Assembly (NCBI RefSeq): GCF_009914755.1
Contig: NC_060926.1
Strand: one strand, 5' to 3'
DNA: 64,000 nucleotides
Source of the DNA: the human T2T-CHM13v2.0 reference genome, Homo sapiens
Under the pieces are notes generated by a model that did not search any database, had not been told where the DNA came from, and saw only the letters and a list, made by a program, of their open reading frames with translations. Positions 1 to 12,868 of the stretch are shown here, in pieces (position 1 is the stretch's first letter; each line of letters begins with the position of its first letter). The translations under genes were made by a program, and so were the position numbers.

Positions 1-1547
1 TATATCTGTCATAAGACTGATGGGAAAATATGAAGCAAGTAAAGAAAATTATAACAATCCTAAAATGAAATTATAGAAAGTGAAACAATATTAAGGACCA
101 TAAACCAAGTGTCATTAAAAATAGTGGCAATCTATTGCAAATTCAGCATTACCAGTCAAACTAAATTGACTGTAAGTACTGAGAAAAACTTTACAACTTC
201 ATTTCAAGCCTAATTTTAATAAAAATATTTCCTTAGCTACAAATAGCTTTATGAGGTATAAAAAAAGAAGAAGTATATGTAGGAAATATTATCTTTGATA
301 AGTCAGTAAATCTGACTCTTCCATAATCAATGATATATAACCTGATATCCTTGTTTCGGTTTATACATATGCTTTATATTTGTTCATCTACAAATCATGA
401 TAATGTTTTTAAGCTAACTAGCACACAAAGAACTACAAAAGTTCAAATTTACAAGGACTCACAAATAACTGTAAGTACATACTGAGGAGAACAGGTTTCT
501 ATTGAGGAAAACTGTCTTTAGTATTCAGAAAGTGTACCTTGAAGGGAAAACCCTCCACAATCAGACCAGCTAAAACAACAATGACAATTAAGCATATAGT
601 AGAAAAATATCAAATATCAACAATGACAATTAGGAATATAGCAGATAAATACCTTCAAATCTAAGAAAATGCCCTAAAAATTTTGATATGTCATTCAGTG
701 GCAGTGAGGCAAAGAAGACAGGGATCACCATCTCAAGGTGCTAGCCTCCGAAAAAATATAAATTTGATTGGCAAAATCTGCTCAGAGACCATTTACATGC
801 TATTCATGGAATAAGAATGAAGTTGAAACAAGTATTAGAGTATGTTCTGTGATGCTTACTACTGCATATCTGATATAAATTATGATTATATTAAAAAGCT
901 TGGCAGTTTTCACTGTGTGGCCTGGTTTGTGCAAGATAGGATTCCAAATATTGTTTTCTCCAAAAACTACAGTGAATTAAAATGACAATTTTAATATCAT
1001 TGGACTGCTTACACATCACAGAGGATATAAAAATTATGGGGAAAAAAGAACAGTGACTTTAATCAGCTCCATGTTACAAATTACACCTTTCAGTGTTAAG
1101 GATACAAAAATTCCTTAAAGGGAAACCAGATCATAAAACACATGAATTCAGGGAGATCTATGGCTACCACAAACCACACTGTCCAGCTATTGGAAAGTAT
1201 TGTCATAAAAAAGTTTGATTGTTAATAGATTTCTGAAATATTTCCAGGTGATTTTCTCATTAATAATATATTTTATCCCATAAGACAATCACCAATAAAA
1301 CATAAGATACATAACTTAGAGCACTTGATACTACATTTTGAATAATATTATCAAAAATAGCTTTTAAAAATGTCTCTGCTTTTAACTCTATGGATTAAAT
1401 GAATTTATAAAGCACAGATTTATTTATATGGATTTTAACCATTCTTTTAATAAAACGTTATCAAAATTATAAAAATATTATTACATTTTTAAATAAACAA
1501 TGATTACTATAGTTGTATAAATGAATCCAAAATTGATAAATCATCTC

Positions 1548-1940
1548 TCTATGGACTGAATTGTGTCTCTTCCAAATTTATATGTTGAAGCCCTAACCCC
1601 CAATGTGACTGTATTTGAATACAGGGCTTTTCAGGAAGGTTAAACAAGGTAATAAGGCCAGAAGAGTGAGGCCTTAATCTGATAGGACTGGTGTCCTTAT
1701 AAAAAGTAGAGACACTAGATAACTACACCCCCAAAACCCTGTCCCAGCATGCAGAGAAGAGATCATGTGTGGACACAGTGTAAAGACAGCCATCTACAAG
1801 TCAAAGGAGAGTCCTCAGAACAAAACCTATCATGCCAGCATCTTGATCTTTGACTCTGGCCTCCAGAACTCTGAGAAAATACATTTCTGTTGTTTAATCC
1901 ACCCATCCGTGGTGTTTTAATGTGGCAGGCCTAGAAAACT
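1548..1940 (+). mobile_element. MLT1A/MLT1B-type MaLR solo LTR
   Basis: Starts ctatggactgaattgtgtct...tatgttgaagccctaacccccaatgtgactgtatttg; has gactggtgtccttataa and ctccagaactctgagaaaatacatttctgttgttt typical of MLT1. Confidence 0.85.
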
Positions 1941-1954
1941 CTTAATGGTGTCCA

Positions 1955-3226
1955 AGCAAACAAAAACATAAAGTGGGGAAAGGACACCCTTTTCAACAAA
2001 TGGCGCTGGGATAATTGGCTAGCCACACGTAGGAGAATGATACTGGATCCTCATCTCTCACCTTATATGAAAATCAACTCAAGATGGATGAAGGACTTAA
2101 ACTTAAGACCTGAAACTATTCAAATTCTAGAAGATAACATTGGAAAAACCCTTCTAGACATTGGCTTAGTCAAGGATTTCATGACCAAGAACCCAAAGCA
2201 AATGCAATGAAAACAAAGATAAATAGCTGGGACTTAATTAAACAAAAGAGCTTTTGTACAGCAAAAGGAACAGTCAGCAGAGAAAACAGACAACCCATAG
2301 AGTGGGAGAAAATCTTCATAATCTGTATATCTGAAAAAGGACTAATACCCAGAATCTACAACGAATTCAAATCAGTAAGAAAAAAGTAAACATTCCCATC
2401 AAAAAGTGAGCTAAGGGCATGAATAGACAATTTTCAAAAGGAGATACAAATGGCCAACAAACATATGAAAAAATGCTCAACATCACTAATGATCAAGGAA
2501 ATGCAAATCAAAACCACAATGTGATACCAACTTTCTCCTGCAAGAATGGCCATAATCAAAAAATCAAAAAACAGTAGATGTTGGTGTGGATGCGGTGAAT
2601 AGGGAACACTTCTACACTGCTGCTGGAAATGTAAACTAGTACAGCCACTATAAAAACAACGTGGGGATTCCTTAAAGAACTAAAAGTAGAACTACCATTT
2701 GATCCAGCAATCCCACTATTGGATATCTACCCAGAGGAAAAGAAGTCATTTGAAAAAGATACTTGCACACACGTTTACAGTGGCACAATTCACAATAGCA
2801 AAATCGTGGAAGCAACCCAAATGCCCATCAATCAATGAATGGACAATGAAATTGTGGTCTATACATACAATGGAATACTACAGAGCCATAAAAAGGAATG
2901 AATTAGCAGCATTTGCAGTGACCTGGATGAGATTGGAGACTATTATTCTAAGTGAAGTAACTCAGGAATGGAAAATCAAACATTGTATGTTCTCACGGAT
3001 ATGTGGAAGCTAAGCTATGAGGACACAAAGGCCTAAGAATGACACAGTGGACTTTGGGGATTTGAGGGGAAGAGTGAGACAGGGGCGAGGGATGAAAGAC
3101 TACAAATATGGTGCAGTGTATACTGCTTGGGTGATGGGTGCAACGAAATCTCACAAATCACTATTAAAGAACTTACTCATGTAACCAAATCCCACCTTTA
3201 CCCCAATAACTTATGGAAAAAAAAAG
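1955..3226 (+). mobile_element. 5'-truncated L1 (L1PB1-like): ORF2 3' part, 3'UTR and A tail
   Basis: ORF2 remnants (KINSWDLIK-KSFCTAK; FTIAKSWKQPKCPS), L1PB-type 3' end (aaagactacaaatatggtgcagtgtatactgc...ccccaataacttatggaaaaa), perfect 17-bp TSD actcttaatggtgtcca at 1938-1954 and 3227-3243. Confidence 0.93.
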
Positions 3227-3526
3227 ACTCTTAATGGTGTCCATCAATATTAGCTTTTCTTCTGTAACTGCATAGCTGTTTGAGGCTGAGGAAGTCATTT
3301 AATTTCTCTGAATCTGTTTCTTCCTTTGTAAAATGATCAAGCTAGGCTAGCTAAATATAAGACACATATACCACCACTCTTTTTTCCCATGCCCAGAGAA
3401 ACCATACTATTCTTGGTAATCATAACCAATCAGTGGGAATTATCTTGGGAGATATGGCCTATTCTCCACACCTGAGTTGGAAGACATATGAGCTCGGTTT
3501 TAGTACTATTAATAGCACCGTAGGTC

Positions 3527-3683
3527 CCTACTACTACAAGTGCGGCCCATGGACCAGCAGCATTGACATCCCCTGGAACTCACAAGGAATGCAGAATCTC
3601 AGGCAGGCTGTAGGCCAACCTTCTGAATTAGAATCTACCTTGTAACACTATCCCCAGTGCACATTTGACAAGCACTGATCTAG
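3527..3683. mobile_element. MER5A hAT-Charlie MITE
   Basis: ctactacaagtgcggcccatggaccagcagcattgacatc...aatgcagaatctcagg...tgaattagaatct...tttgacaagcactg resembles MER5A. Confidence 0.8.
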
Positions 3684-3703
3684 GACTCATTAAGTTTCTA
3701 AAA

Positions 3704-4027
3704 CAAAGGTTGCAAAAAGTGGCAAGCCACAAACTAAATGTGGTCTATTACATTTTTTGTTTGGTCTCTACACTGTTTAAAATTCTTGAATTATTTGCCA
3801 AAATTAAAAGGAGGAAAAGTTCATAAAAAGAGATTAATTTATTGATAAATTGCATGATTATATAAAAATAGGCTAACATTTCTGTATGACAACAGTGGAG
3901 CTGAGTGACACTGCTTCCTTTACAACAGAATGCTACATGTTCCCTGTGACAGGGTTCATTGCAGTCCTCTTCATTTACTTATGTTATCTACCTGACCCTG
4001 GTACGCATTTGACTTTCTAATCTCTGC
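3704..4027 (+). mobile_element. MER102-like hAT-Charlie element
   Basis: tttgtttggtc...ttgaattatttgccaa...ggagctgagtga...ttcatttacttatgttatctacctgaccctggtacgcatttgacttt follows the MER102 layout as recalled. Confidence 0.7.
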
Positions 4028-4338
4028 TGTCAAATTTCCTTTTCTTACATGTAGCATTGAATTAAAAAAATGTAACAATAAAAGATGTTTAAATATATAA
4101 GTATCTGTCCAAAATTAATAATTCCCGTTATCATTTTTAGTTTTCTATTTTTCTTCACTCATCTCTACTTATTCTTTCTTTTTTAATTTTAAATTTTCTT
4201 TTATCTGAATCTTACCATTGCTTGTTTTAATGCCTGTATATTATGGCATTTGTTTACTTTAATCCATCAGAGATTTTGTCATTTAACCTTGCTCTCTAGC
4301 AGTCTAGTAATAAATGATTTTGTAAAGTAATACACTAC

Positions 4339-4498
4339 CTTTTTTTATTTTGTGGGAACAGGGTCTCACTCTGATGCCTGGCTGGACTGCAGTGTAAGAT
4401 CATAGCTCAAAGCAGCCTGGAAATTGTGGGCTCAAGAAATCCTCCTGCCTCAGCCTCACAATAGCTAGGATTACAGGCATGAGCCACTGCATCTGGCT
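4339..4498 (-). mobile_element. Alu monomer (FRAM/AluJ right-arm type)
   Basis: T tract then acagggtctcactctg...ctcaagaaatcctcctgcctcagcctc...attacaggcatgagccactgcatctggc; single ~160-bp arm. Confidence 0.85.
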
Positions 4499-4681
4499 GG
4501 AATATACTAATTTCGTTTAAAGCAAGTTATCTCTTTTGCTTCACGTCTTGTAAAATCATTGTGAAAAACATTTCATGTCTTCAAATGTTTTTAGGATCCA
4601 GGGAAAATTTAGAAAAAAAATGAGAAATTAAAGGGAGATATAGAGAGAAATAGTAAATTAATGAATTGGTGATTAGCTGAT

Positions 4682-5034
4682 TGACATGGTTTGGCTCTGT
4701 CCCCACCCAAATCTCACCTTGAATTGCAATAATCCCCCCACCTGTCAAGGGCAGGTCCAGGTAGAGATAATTGAATCATGGGGGTGGTTTCCTCCATGCT
4801 GTTCTCAGAATGGTGAATTCTCACAAGATCTCATGGCTATATAAGGGGCTTCCCCCTTCACTCAGAATTCATTCTCTCTCCTGCTGCCCTCTGAAGAGGT
4901 GACTTCTGCCATGATTGAAAGTTTCCTGAGGCCTCCCCAGCCATGTGGAACTGTGAGTCAATTAAACTTATTTTCTTCATAAATTACCTAGTCTCAGATA
5001 TTTCCTCATAGCATCATGATAATGGATTAATAAA
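4682..5034 (+). mobile_element. THE1C/THE1D MaLR solo LTR
   Basis: tgacatggtttggctctgtccccacccaaatctc...gtttcctgaggcctccccagccatgtggaactgtgagtcaattaaa...ggattaataaa; 5-bp flanks ctgat/ctgac consistent with a TSD. Confidence 0.92.
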
Positions 5035-5529
5035 CTGACCAAACACTAAATTCAGAAACGTGCAAGGCACCAGCCAAAAATCTAATTACAATAACTGCCT
5101 CTGGTAGCTAGTTGGATATATAAGGGAACACACTGCCCCAAACATATTTTTATAGAAGTTATGAAAACTGATACATTCTTAGCTACTTTGGGCCTTGAAT
5201 TTAAAAATTTCCAGGGTGATAATTTTCATTAAAATTAATGGAAATTAGGAAAATATGTAACATAGTATTATTTTCATTTTAATTCCAATTACCTTAGGAA
5301 TTTTATCTTCTTATTCTCAAATCCCAAGTCTTACTACTATTTTATTGTTCAGAATCTTAAAAGCCATTTACCTTCTGTTTTTATATAACCCTTAAACACT
5401 GATTCCCTTAAACAATGAAGGTATCCACATAGTTTTAACCATAATGTCAATAGCAATAAATGATAACTCTTTACCTTTAGTTATATTTATCCCACTTCTC
5501 AGTCTTTACCTCTTTTCAAATACCTAAAA

Positions 5530-6220
5530 TTTTATCTGAATAAATTAAAGTCACCTCATACTCAATATATCTAGTACCTAATTTCTCCCACATAACCATT
5601 ATTTTCCCTTAACTCACTGTTGATGTAAAAAGCTATTATTTGAAGAATCTCAAGATGACTAACTGGATATGAACTAGAGATATGAGTAAAACATGTCCAC
5701 AAATCTCAGCAGTTTTTCAGTGAAAGCCTGTTTCTTGTGTGTACCATCCTCCAGATTTTTACTGCCCAATCACGTTGGGCAAGGTGTTCTTGGTTTTTCC
5801 CCAGCCTATGGGTTTCATTGGGACCTGCCTCTTCCAGTCCTCTCATCTACCATTTTTAGACTAATCATTAAATATCACTAGCATAGTACTTTCATATTTA
5901 AGCATCAAAACTCCATTGTTACATTATAACAAATGGAATCTAAATTCTTGTTCACTTTAAAAACTTTCAAAATCTGACAATACTCTATCTAAACATATCC
6001 TCTGCTCTACGCAATTCAGTTTCTTTACAATGTCAAATACATGCCATGCTCAAAAGAGAGGTTTTTAAAATGTGCATGCTTGTTTCCATCTCCTACATGC
6101 TGGTTTCTTTCTTTCTCATTTTGAATTAAACAAATATGCATTTATTACCCACTACGTACTGTCTTTTAAAATCCAATGCAAGTTCTATTGTATTTAGGAA
6201 GACTTTCCTATGTCAGCACT
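5530..6220 (+). mobile_element. Degenerate L2 fragments
   Basis: cacctcatactcaatatatc, aatctaaattctt and ggaagactttcccta patches resemble L2; highly diverged. Confidence 0.4.
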
Positions 6221-6252
6221 CATTTATTTGTGGCCATCACTACTGATAATTT

Positions 6253-6545
6253 CAATAACTACCCTTTGTGGAGTGCTTACCACTGCCAGATGGTCAGTTA
6301 AGCAATTTATATACATCATCTCTTTTGTTCCTATTGATATCTCTGTGAAGTACATATTACAATTCCCATACTATAGATGAGGAACCTGAGGATCAGCGCA
6401 CTTTTGGCACTTACTCCAAACCAGGAAAAGTCTTACTTTGAGCTGAGAGGCTCATTCTCTCCTCTCCACTTAAAGAGAAAGAAAAAAAAGCATGAAAGTG
6501 ATGAAGAGTTACATAGGCGAGAACTTGGTTTGTGTGACCCAAAGG
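6253..6545 (-). mobile_element. MIR, interrupted by ~95 bp of non-MIR sequence at about 6398-6492
   Basis: gagtgcttaccactgccag...cccatactatagatgaggaacctgagg (MIR core); MIR-like sequence resumes as gaacttggtttgtgtgacccaaag. Confidence 0.7.
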
Positions 6546-7109
6546 ATATTTGCAATTTAGTAGCAAGCTCATTTTACTATAAATATTTTTCTACTTTGTA
6601 AAGATGGCAATAGTATATAAAATATTTTAAATTTGTGTAAAAATATGTTACTTTTAAAACTTTTAAAATCTGATATTAGCATAAACAAGAAGACCTGGGC
6701 CTTATTTACAATGTTGAAGAGGCTGGATGGCAATAGGCCAAGTTTGAACTAAGTCCTCCACCAACCAGTCCTGAATCTCGTAGCCCCCTTTTCCTTACTT
6801 AATCGATAATACACTAGGTTCAAAGCAAGGACATCAGACACAAAGTATAGCTATGTTCTCTCTTTTTTGTCAACAGTTACTTAAGGCCTTCCCAGGCTCA
6901 TGGATGCAAATTGAATTTAAATTCATAAGCAGATTCCCTCTATTGCTTGTCTTCATCACAACGCAAAATATGGAACTATAGCACATTTGATTTGATTCAA
7001 AATTAGGACCTCTATTGGCCTAAGACAATTAACCCCTTGTTGACCTTAAATCCTATAAGATCCAAGCTTCCTTTGCCTAGCTCTGAAAGCCTGTCTTAAA
7101 AAGATGCCT

Positions 7110-7479
<370 letters not shown>

Positions 7480-7734
7480 TTACTTTCTTCTCCCATGCCA
7501 TTGTTCATGCTCATCCCATGCCTGGAACAGCCTTATTCACCCAATCATCATCTCTCAAGACAAGATTAAAACTATACATAACAGGGAAAATTTAAGACTG
7601 TACTGAAGGGCAAAAACAAAAAGCAGTAAATTGGTATAGAAAATAGAAGAAACTTCCAAAGTTAATCTATTAAAACAATAGTTTTTGTACTTAACTATTA
7701 CAATAATAGAAATGATAATGATGGGGTTAATGAC

Positions 7735-7985
7735 AACACTAAATACATTTATTAAGTGGTTAGTATATCTCAGATTCTCTGTAAATCATTATATACTTTA
7801 TCTAACACCAAAAATAAAATTAAAATAAGCCCAAGAAAGTAGCATTATATTATCCACATTTTAGAGATTAGGTAGAGAGTACAAAGTTTTAGTAACTTGT
7901 CCAACATTGTACAGCTAACTAAGTTGACAGAGCCTAATTTGAATTCAGTTGCAACTGATTTGTGAGGAAAGCATAATAAACTCCT
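7735..7985 (-). mobile_element. MIR
   Basis: catttattaagtg...attatccacattttagagat...gtaacttgtccaacattgtacagcta...atttgaattcag. Confidence 0.7.
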
Positions 7986-8327
7986 ATAACACCTCTTGTT
8001 AAATTATTAATCAGATTATAGCAATGACTATTTTTAGGAGCCATTTTTGCAGTCAATGAAACTGGAGATAAAATCATAATAATGATAGTAATAGTTACAG
8101 TTTTCATTATTATTGTGTGGTTTTCCATTTACTCAAGGATTATTTCAGAATTTTTACAGCATTTACTATAGTTTGTTAAGCAAAGTAATTAATAATGAAA
8201 GTACTAAGAATAATGTAGCAGTTTAAATAACTTTAAAAGTGAAAAGGATACAAAATGGGAGGTATTAAGGTATCAAGTTATAGTTCTATTTTATATGATA
8301 TGGTTGAAAGGTAATAAAACCAATGGA

Positions 8328-8761
8328 GATATATATATATCCATATATATATCCACATATATATCCATATATATATATCCATATATATATCCATGTATAT
8401 ATCCATGTATATATCCATGTATATATCCATATATATCCATGTATATATATCCATATATATATCCATGTATATATCCATATATATATATCCATGTATATAT
8501 CCATATATATATATCCATGTATATATCCATGTATATATCCATATATATATATATCCATGTATATATCCATATATATATATCCATGTATATATCCATATAT
8601 ATATATCCATATATATCCATATATATATCCATATATATATCCATATATATCCATATATATATATCCATATGTATCCATATATATATCCATATATATCCAT
8701 ATATATATATATATCCATATATATCCATATATATCCATATATATATACACACACATATATA
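8328..8761. repeat. AT-rich tandem repeat, unit CCAT(A/G)(TA)nT, ~430 bp
   Basis: Directly visible; lacks stop codons on both strands, producing the six overlapping I/Y/H/P/W/G-rich ORFs. Confidence 0.97.
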
Positions 8762-10259
8762 GCTACTGTGATTTGACATAAAACATGTAATTACTGCAAA
8801 CACGTGTTTATACATAAAAATAGGCAGATAGACATTATTCAGTGGCTAATTTTTAAAATACCAATAATAATGCTGTATATTATATTACATCCATGGCTAA
8901 AACATTTCAAAGACCTTAACAGTGACTATTTTGACTTTGAAGGAAGTTGGTGATGAATTAAATATCCATAAAATAAATATAGGAATAATAAATAACAAAA
9001 AGATTAAGGGAACAGCACATTATAGTATAGCAACAATAACAACAAAACCTCCAAAAATCTAAAAAGTGAATGTGCATCTCTTCCCATAATTTCTCTGTGA
9101 CCAAGTGTGAACTTGCATAAAAGCAAACAATGTGTGTGTGTGTACACCACACATATGCCTTCATTTCTTTCAAAGTCATCATTTTCCACATATCATTTAT
9201 GTTTTTAGAAGGCTTCAAGTTTTAATGAGTCAGTCTAACTGAAAATATTACAAATATAAACACACATACACACACATATTTGTAAAGAGGAAGAACTAGA
9301 GTGCCATAAGACAAGTGAGATAAATGACAAGAATGGCGTCAGTTCCATTCTTGGCCTCCAGAAAGGTTCCTATTAGTTTGTCCTCGGCTTTGGAAACTAA
9401 CAAATAAAGAAAATTGCATATGATTTGGGGCAAGAAAATTTTCTTTAGTCACTGATTTACTCTGTGGTACAATCATAGCAGATAGTGCCCAAATTGAAAG
9501 GGGAAAGTAAGAGGTCTGTTAATTTTTATATTACTGAGAAGATTTTTAGAAATAAATATGGGGAAAAAAAGAGTGAAGAAGAAGTGATATTCTCTTTCCA
9601 GATTAATAAATACATGATTAAAGATGTTTGTCAATGATTATGTAATAAGTCTGGGTTAGAGGAATATATTGACCTGCAACATAAACCTAACTATAGGTCA
9701 GATAGCCTCATATGAATCAATTATTAACTTACTCTAAATAAAACACACACTCTAATAAAACACATTACTCTAATAAAACTTACTCTAATAGAACACATAA
9801 CCAAGCCAGATAAATATCATGGATATGACAAGTCTTACAGAAGTCTCAGATTATGGAGAGAAATCCCCCAAAGTTTAGGTATGGTACTACCATAGTAATA
9901 TAATTCTGCTGAATATTTTAATGGCAATAAATACTATTAGGCTGTTTTGTTGTAAACAATTGGCTTAGATTCAAAGAGTTACATGTATAACTAAATCAAT
10001 GTGAAATTCATCTAATGAAGAACAGTTACTTGATACCTAATCTTGCCTGATCTTTTAACAACAAATAAAATTGTAATGCAACAATTCTACCATTAATACA
10101 ACTTTTCTCACTAACGCCACTTATGTGTGTGGTTCGTGTTTAGAAGTTACATCAATAGCAAGTTGCTGGGCAACTACATATCTGAGAGTGTAAATGTGGA
10201 TTATTACCTGATTCTGGATGTTACAGTTCTTAGAAGAAAGCAGCCTATATTTTTTCTTA

Positions 10260-11514
10260 TAAGGGGGACTTCAAAAACTTCATGGAAAATGAATATTATG
10301 AAAAAGCTATGGATGTATTTCCATTTTTGTACCAAAATAAACTCATACTAACTTGATATATCATGTCTGAACAGGAAATAGTTTGAGGCATTAAGAAGGA
10401 TTAGACATCAGTTTGAAAAGAGCCCCTATCAGAGCAACATGAATTCTGCTAAAGTTGAAGCAAGAACAAACATAAAATTTAGGGTGAAGCATTGGTGAAA
10501 GAATGATGAAATCATTGATGCTTTATGAAAAGTTTGCACAATGTCCCAAGGAAATCAGCAGTTTACAAATGGATAACTTGTTTCGAGAAGGGAGAAGACC
10601 ATGTTGAAGATGAAGCCTGCAGTGGCAGACCCATCCACATCAATTTGTGAGAAAAATAAAATTCCTCTTGTTCATGCCCTAATTGACGAAGACCAATGAT
10701 TGACAGTAGAAACAACAGCCAACATCACAGTCATCTCAACCGGTTGAGCTTACGCAATTCTGACCAAAAAATTAAAGTGGAGCAACTTTCCACTCGATGG
10801 GTGCCAAAACCATTGTGCCCAGATCAGCTGCAGAAAAGAGCAGAGCATTAATGGAAATTTTAAACACTTACAACAGGAAATGAAACATGTATTTTCCAGT
10901 ATGACCCAGAAGACAAAGCACATTCAATGCAATGGCTACCAAGAGGTGGAAGTGCTCCAGTCAAAGCAAAAGTGGACCAGTCAAGAGCAAAGGTTGTGGC
11001 AACAGTTTTTTGGGATGCTCAAGGCATTTTGCTTCTTGACTTTCCGGAAGGCATTTTGCTTCTTGACCTTCTACTTATTATGAGAATGTCTTGAGAAGGT
11101 TAGCCAAAGCTTGAGCAGAAAAACATCTAGGAAAGCTTTGCCACGGAGTCCTTCTCCACCACAGCCATGCTTCTGCTCATTCCTCTCACCAAACAAAGGC
11201 AATTTTGTGAGCATTTCAATGGGAAATCATTAGGCATCCAACTTACAGTCCTCATCTGGCTCCTTTGGACTTCTTTTTGTTTACTAATTTAAAATATCTT
11301 TAAAGGACACTCATTTTCTTCAGTTAATGATGTAAGAAAGACTGCATTGACATTCTTAAATTCCTAGGACCCTCAGTTTTTTAGGAATGGACTAAATGTC
11401 TGGTATCATCATTTACAAAAGTGTCTTGACCTTGACGGAGATTATCAAGAAGCAAAGCTTATATTTTTATCTTCCAATTTCATTTTTCCATGAAAGTTTT
11501 GAAGTCCCTTCCCA
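10260..11514 (+). mobile_element. Near full-length Hsmar2 mariner DNA transposon
   Basis: TIRs gggacttcaaaaacttcatggaaaatg and catttttccatgaaagttttgaagtccc; TA at 10258-59 and 11515-16; internal transposase remnant. Confidence 0.93.
10439..11455 (+). pseudogene. Disrupted Hsmar2 transposase
   Basis: Begins MNSAKVEARTNIKF; has WVPKPL, VFWDAQGILLLDF and YSPHLAPLDF motifs; multiple stops and frameshifts; catalytic motifs read TGNET and HHSHAS instead of TGDET and HHDNAP. Confidence 0.9.
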
Positions 11515-11943
11515 TATGTTCAAAGAATGAATAAGAAGCAGGCAAACTATTGAGAAAACACAATTTTATTTCATCTGTCTTTATTTCATTGTCTTTATTT
11601 CATCTGTCTGTACCTAACTTCTGGGCTGTAGACACAGAATTGTTGGGAGAGAGATGAAAGAACCTTCACTATATCTTCTCCCCTGCTTAACTTATTGTAC
11701 ATGGATATTGTTTTGTTGACATTGCCTTTGGTGCCACTGCTTAAGGCACCTTGTAATATATAGCTCTTACGTGATACTGTAAAATCATAGAGGTAGTACT
11801 AAAATGACTGAAGTTTGGAAAGCACTTAAATGTTCCTGGCAAATATATATATATATATGAATATATATAAAATAAAATAAAGTTATATAAAATATATATA
11901 CAAAAATATATAATAAATATACATATGTATATACACACACACA

Positions 11944-12868
11944 TACTCATGCACAGCTCTTCTATAGAGATATGTTCTGATAAATGTGTCATTAGGCAAT
12001 TTTGCCATTGTGCAAATATTAGAGAGTTTACTTACACAAATTTAGGTGGTATAGCCTTCTACACACCTAGGCTGTATGGTATAGTCTATTGCTCCCAAGC
12101 TACAAACCTGCACTGCATATTATTGTACTGAATACTGTAGCCAATTTTAGCATAATGGTAAATGTTTGTGTATTTAAACATAGAAAAAGTACAATAAAAA
12201 TGCAGCAAGGATGATAAAAAATGGTACACCTGTCTAGGGGACCTACCTTGAACAGAGCTTCCAGGACTAGGAGTTGCTCTAGGTGAGTCAATGAATGGGT
12301 GGTGAGTAAATGTGAAGGCCTAGGGCACTACAGCTACTACTGCAGACTTTGTAAATGCTTTACACTTAGACTACACTAAATTTATAAGAAATATTTTCCT
12401 TTCTTCAATAATATAACCTTAGCTTACCTTAAGGTTAAGTTTTAAAAATCCTTTGTTTCTTACTTCATAAGTTTTTTAATTTTTTAAAACTATTTGTCTC
12501 TCTTGTAATACTACCTACTTTAAAACACAAGCACATTGTACAGCTGTACAAAAATATTTTCTTTCTTTATATCCTTCTTCTATAAGCTTTTTCCTATTTT
12601 TATTTTTTAATTTTTTTTTGTTAAAAACTGACACACAAACACACATTAGCCTAGGCCTACACAGGATCAGGATCATCAATATCACTGTTTTCTACCACCA
12701 CATCTTGTCCCATTGGAAGGTCTTCACGGGTAATAGCACGCATGGTGTTGCCACAACATTATAATGGTTACAATGACACTAGGCAATAGAAATTGTTTGG
12801 CTCCATTATAATATTATGGGACTACCGTCATTAATGCAGTATTGTTGGCTGAAATGTCATTATGCACC
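11944..12868 (-). mobile_element. Tigger3b-type non-autonomous DNA transposon
   Basis: gatatgttctgataaatgtgtcattaggcaatttt...tacacacctaggctgtatggtatagtctattgctc...gctccattataatattatgggactacc resembles the reverse complement of Tigger3. Confidence 0.85.

Noticed and set aside
2207-3013. ORFs resembling L1 ORF2
   Set aside because: Frameshifted fragments of a truncated L1, not a gene.
8278-8815. Six overlapping ORFs of 127-174 aa, among the longest in the window
   Set aside because: Translations of a stop-free tandem repeat; no coding signal.
9730-9800. Short tandem duplications (actctaataaaac units; also about 579-641 and 17990-18043)
   Set aside because: Ordinary slippage products with no unique spacers; not CRISPR-like.
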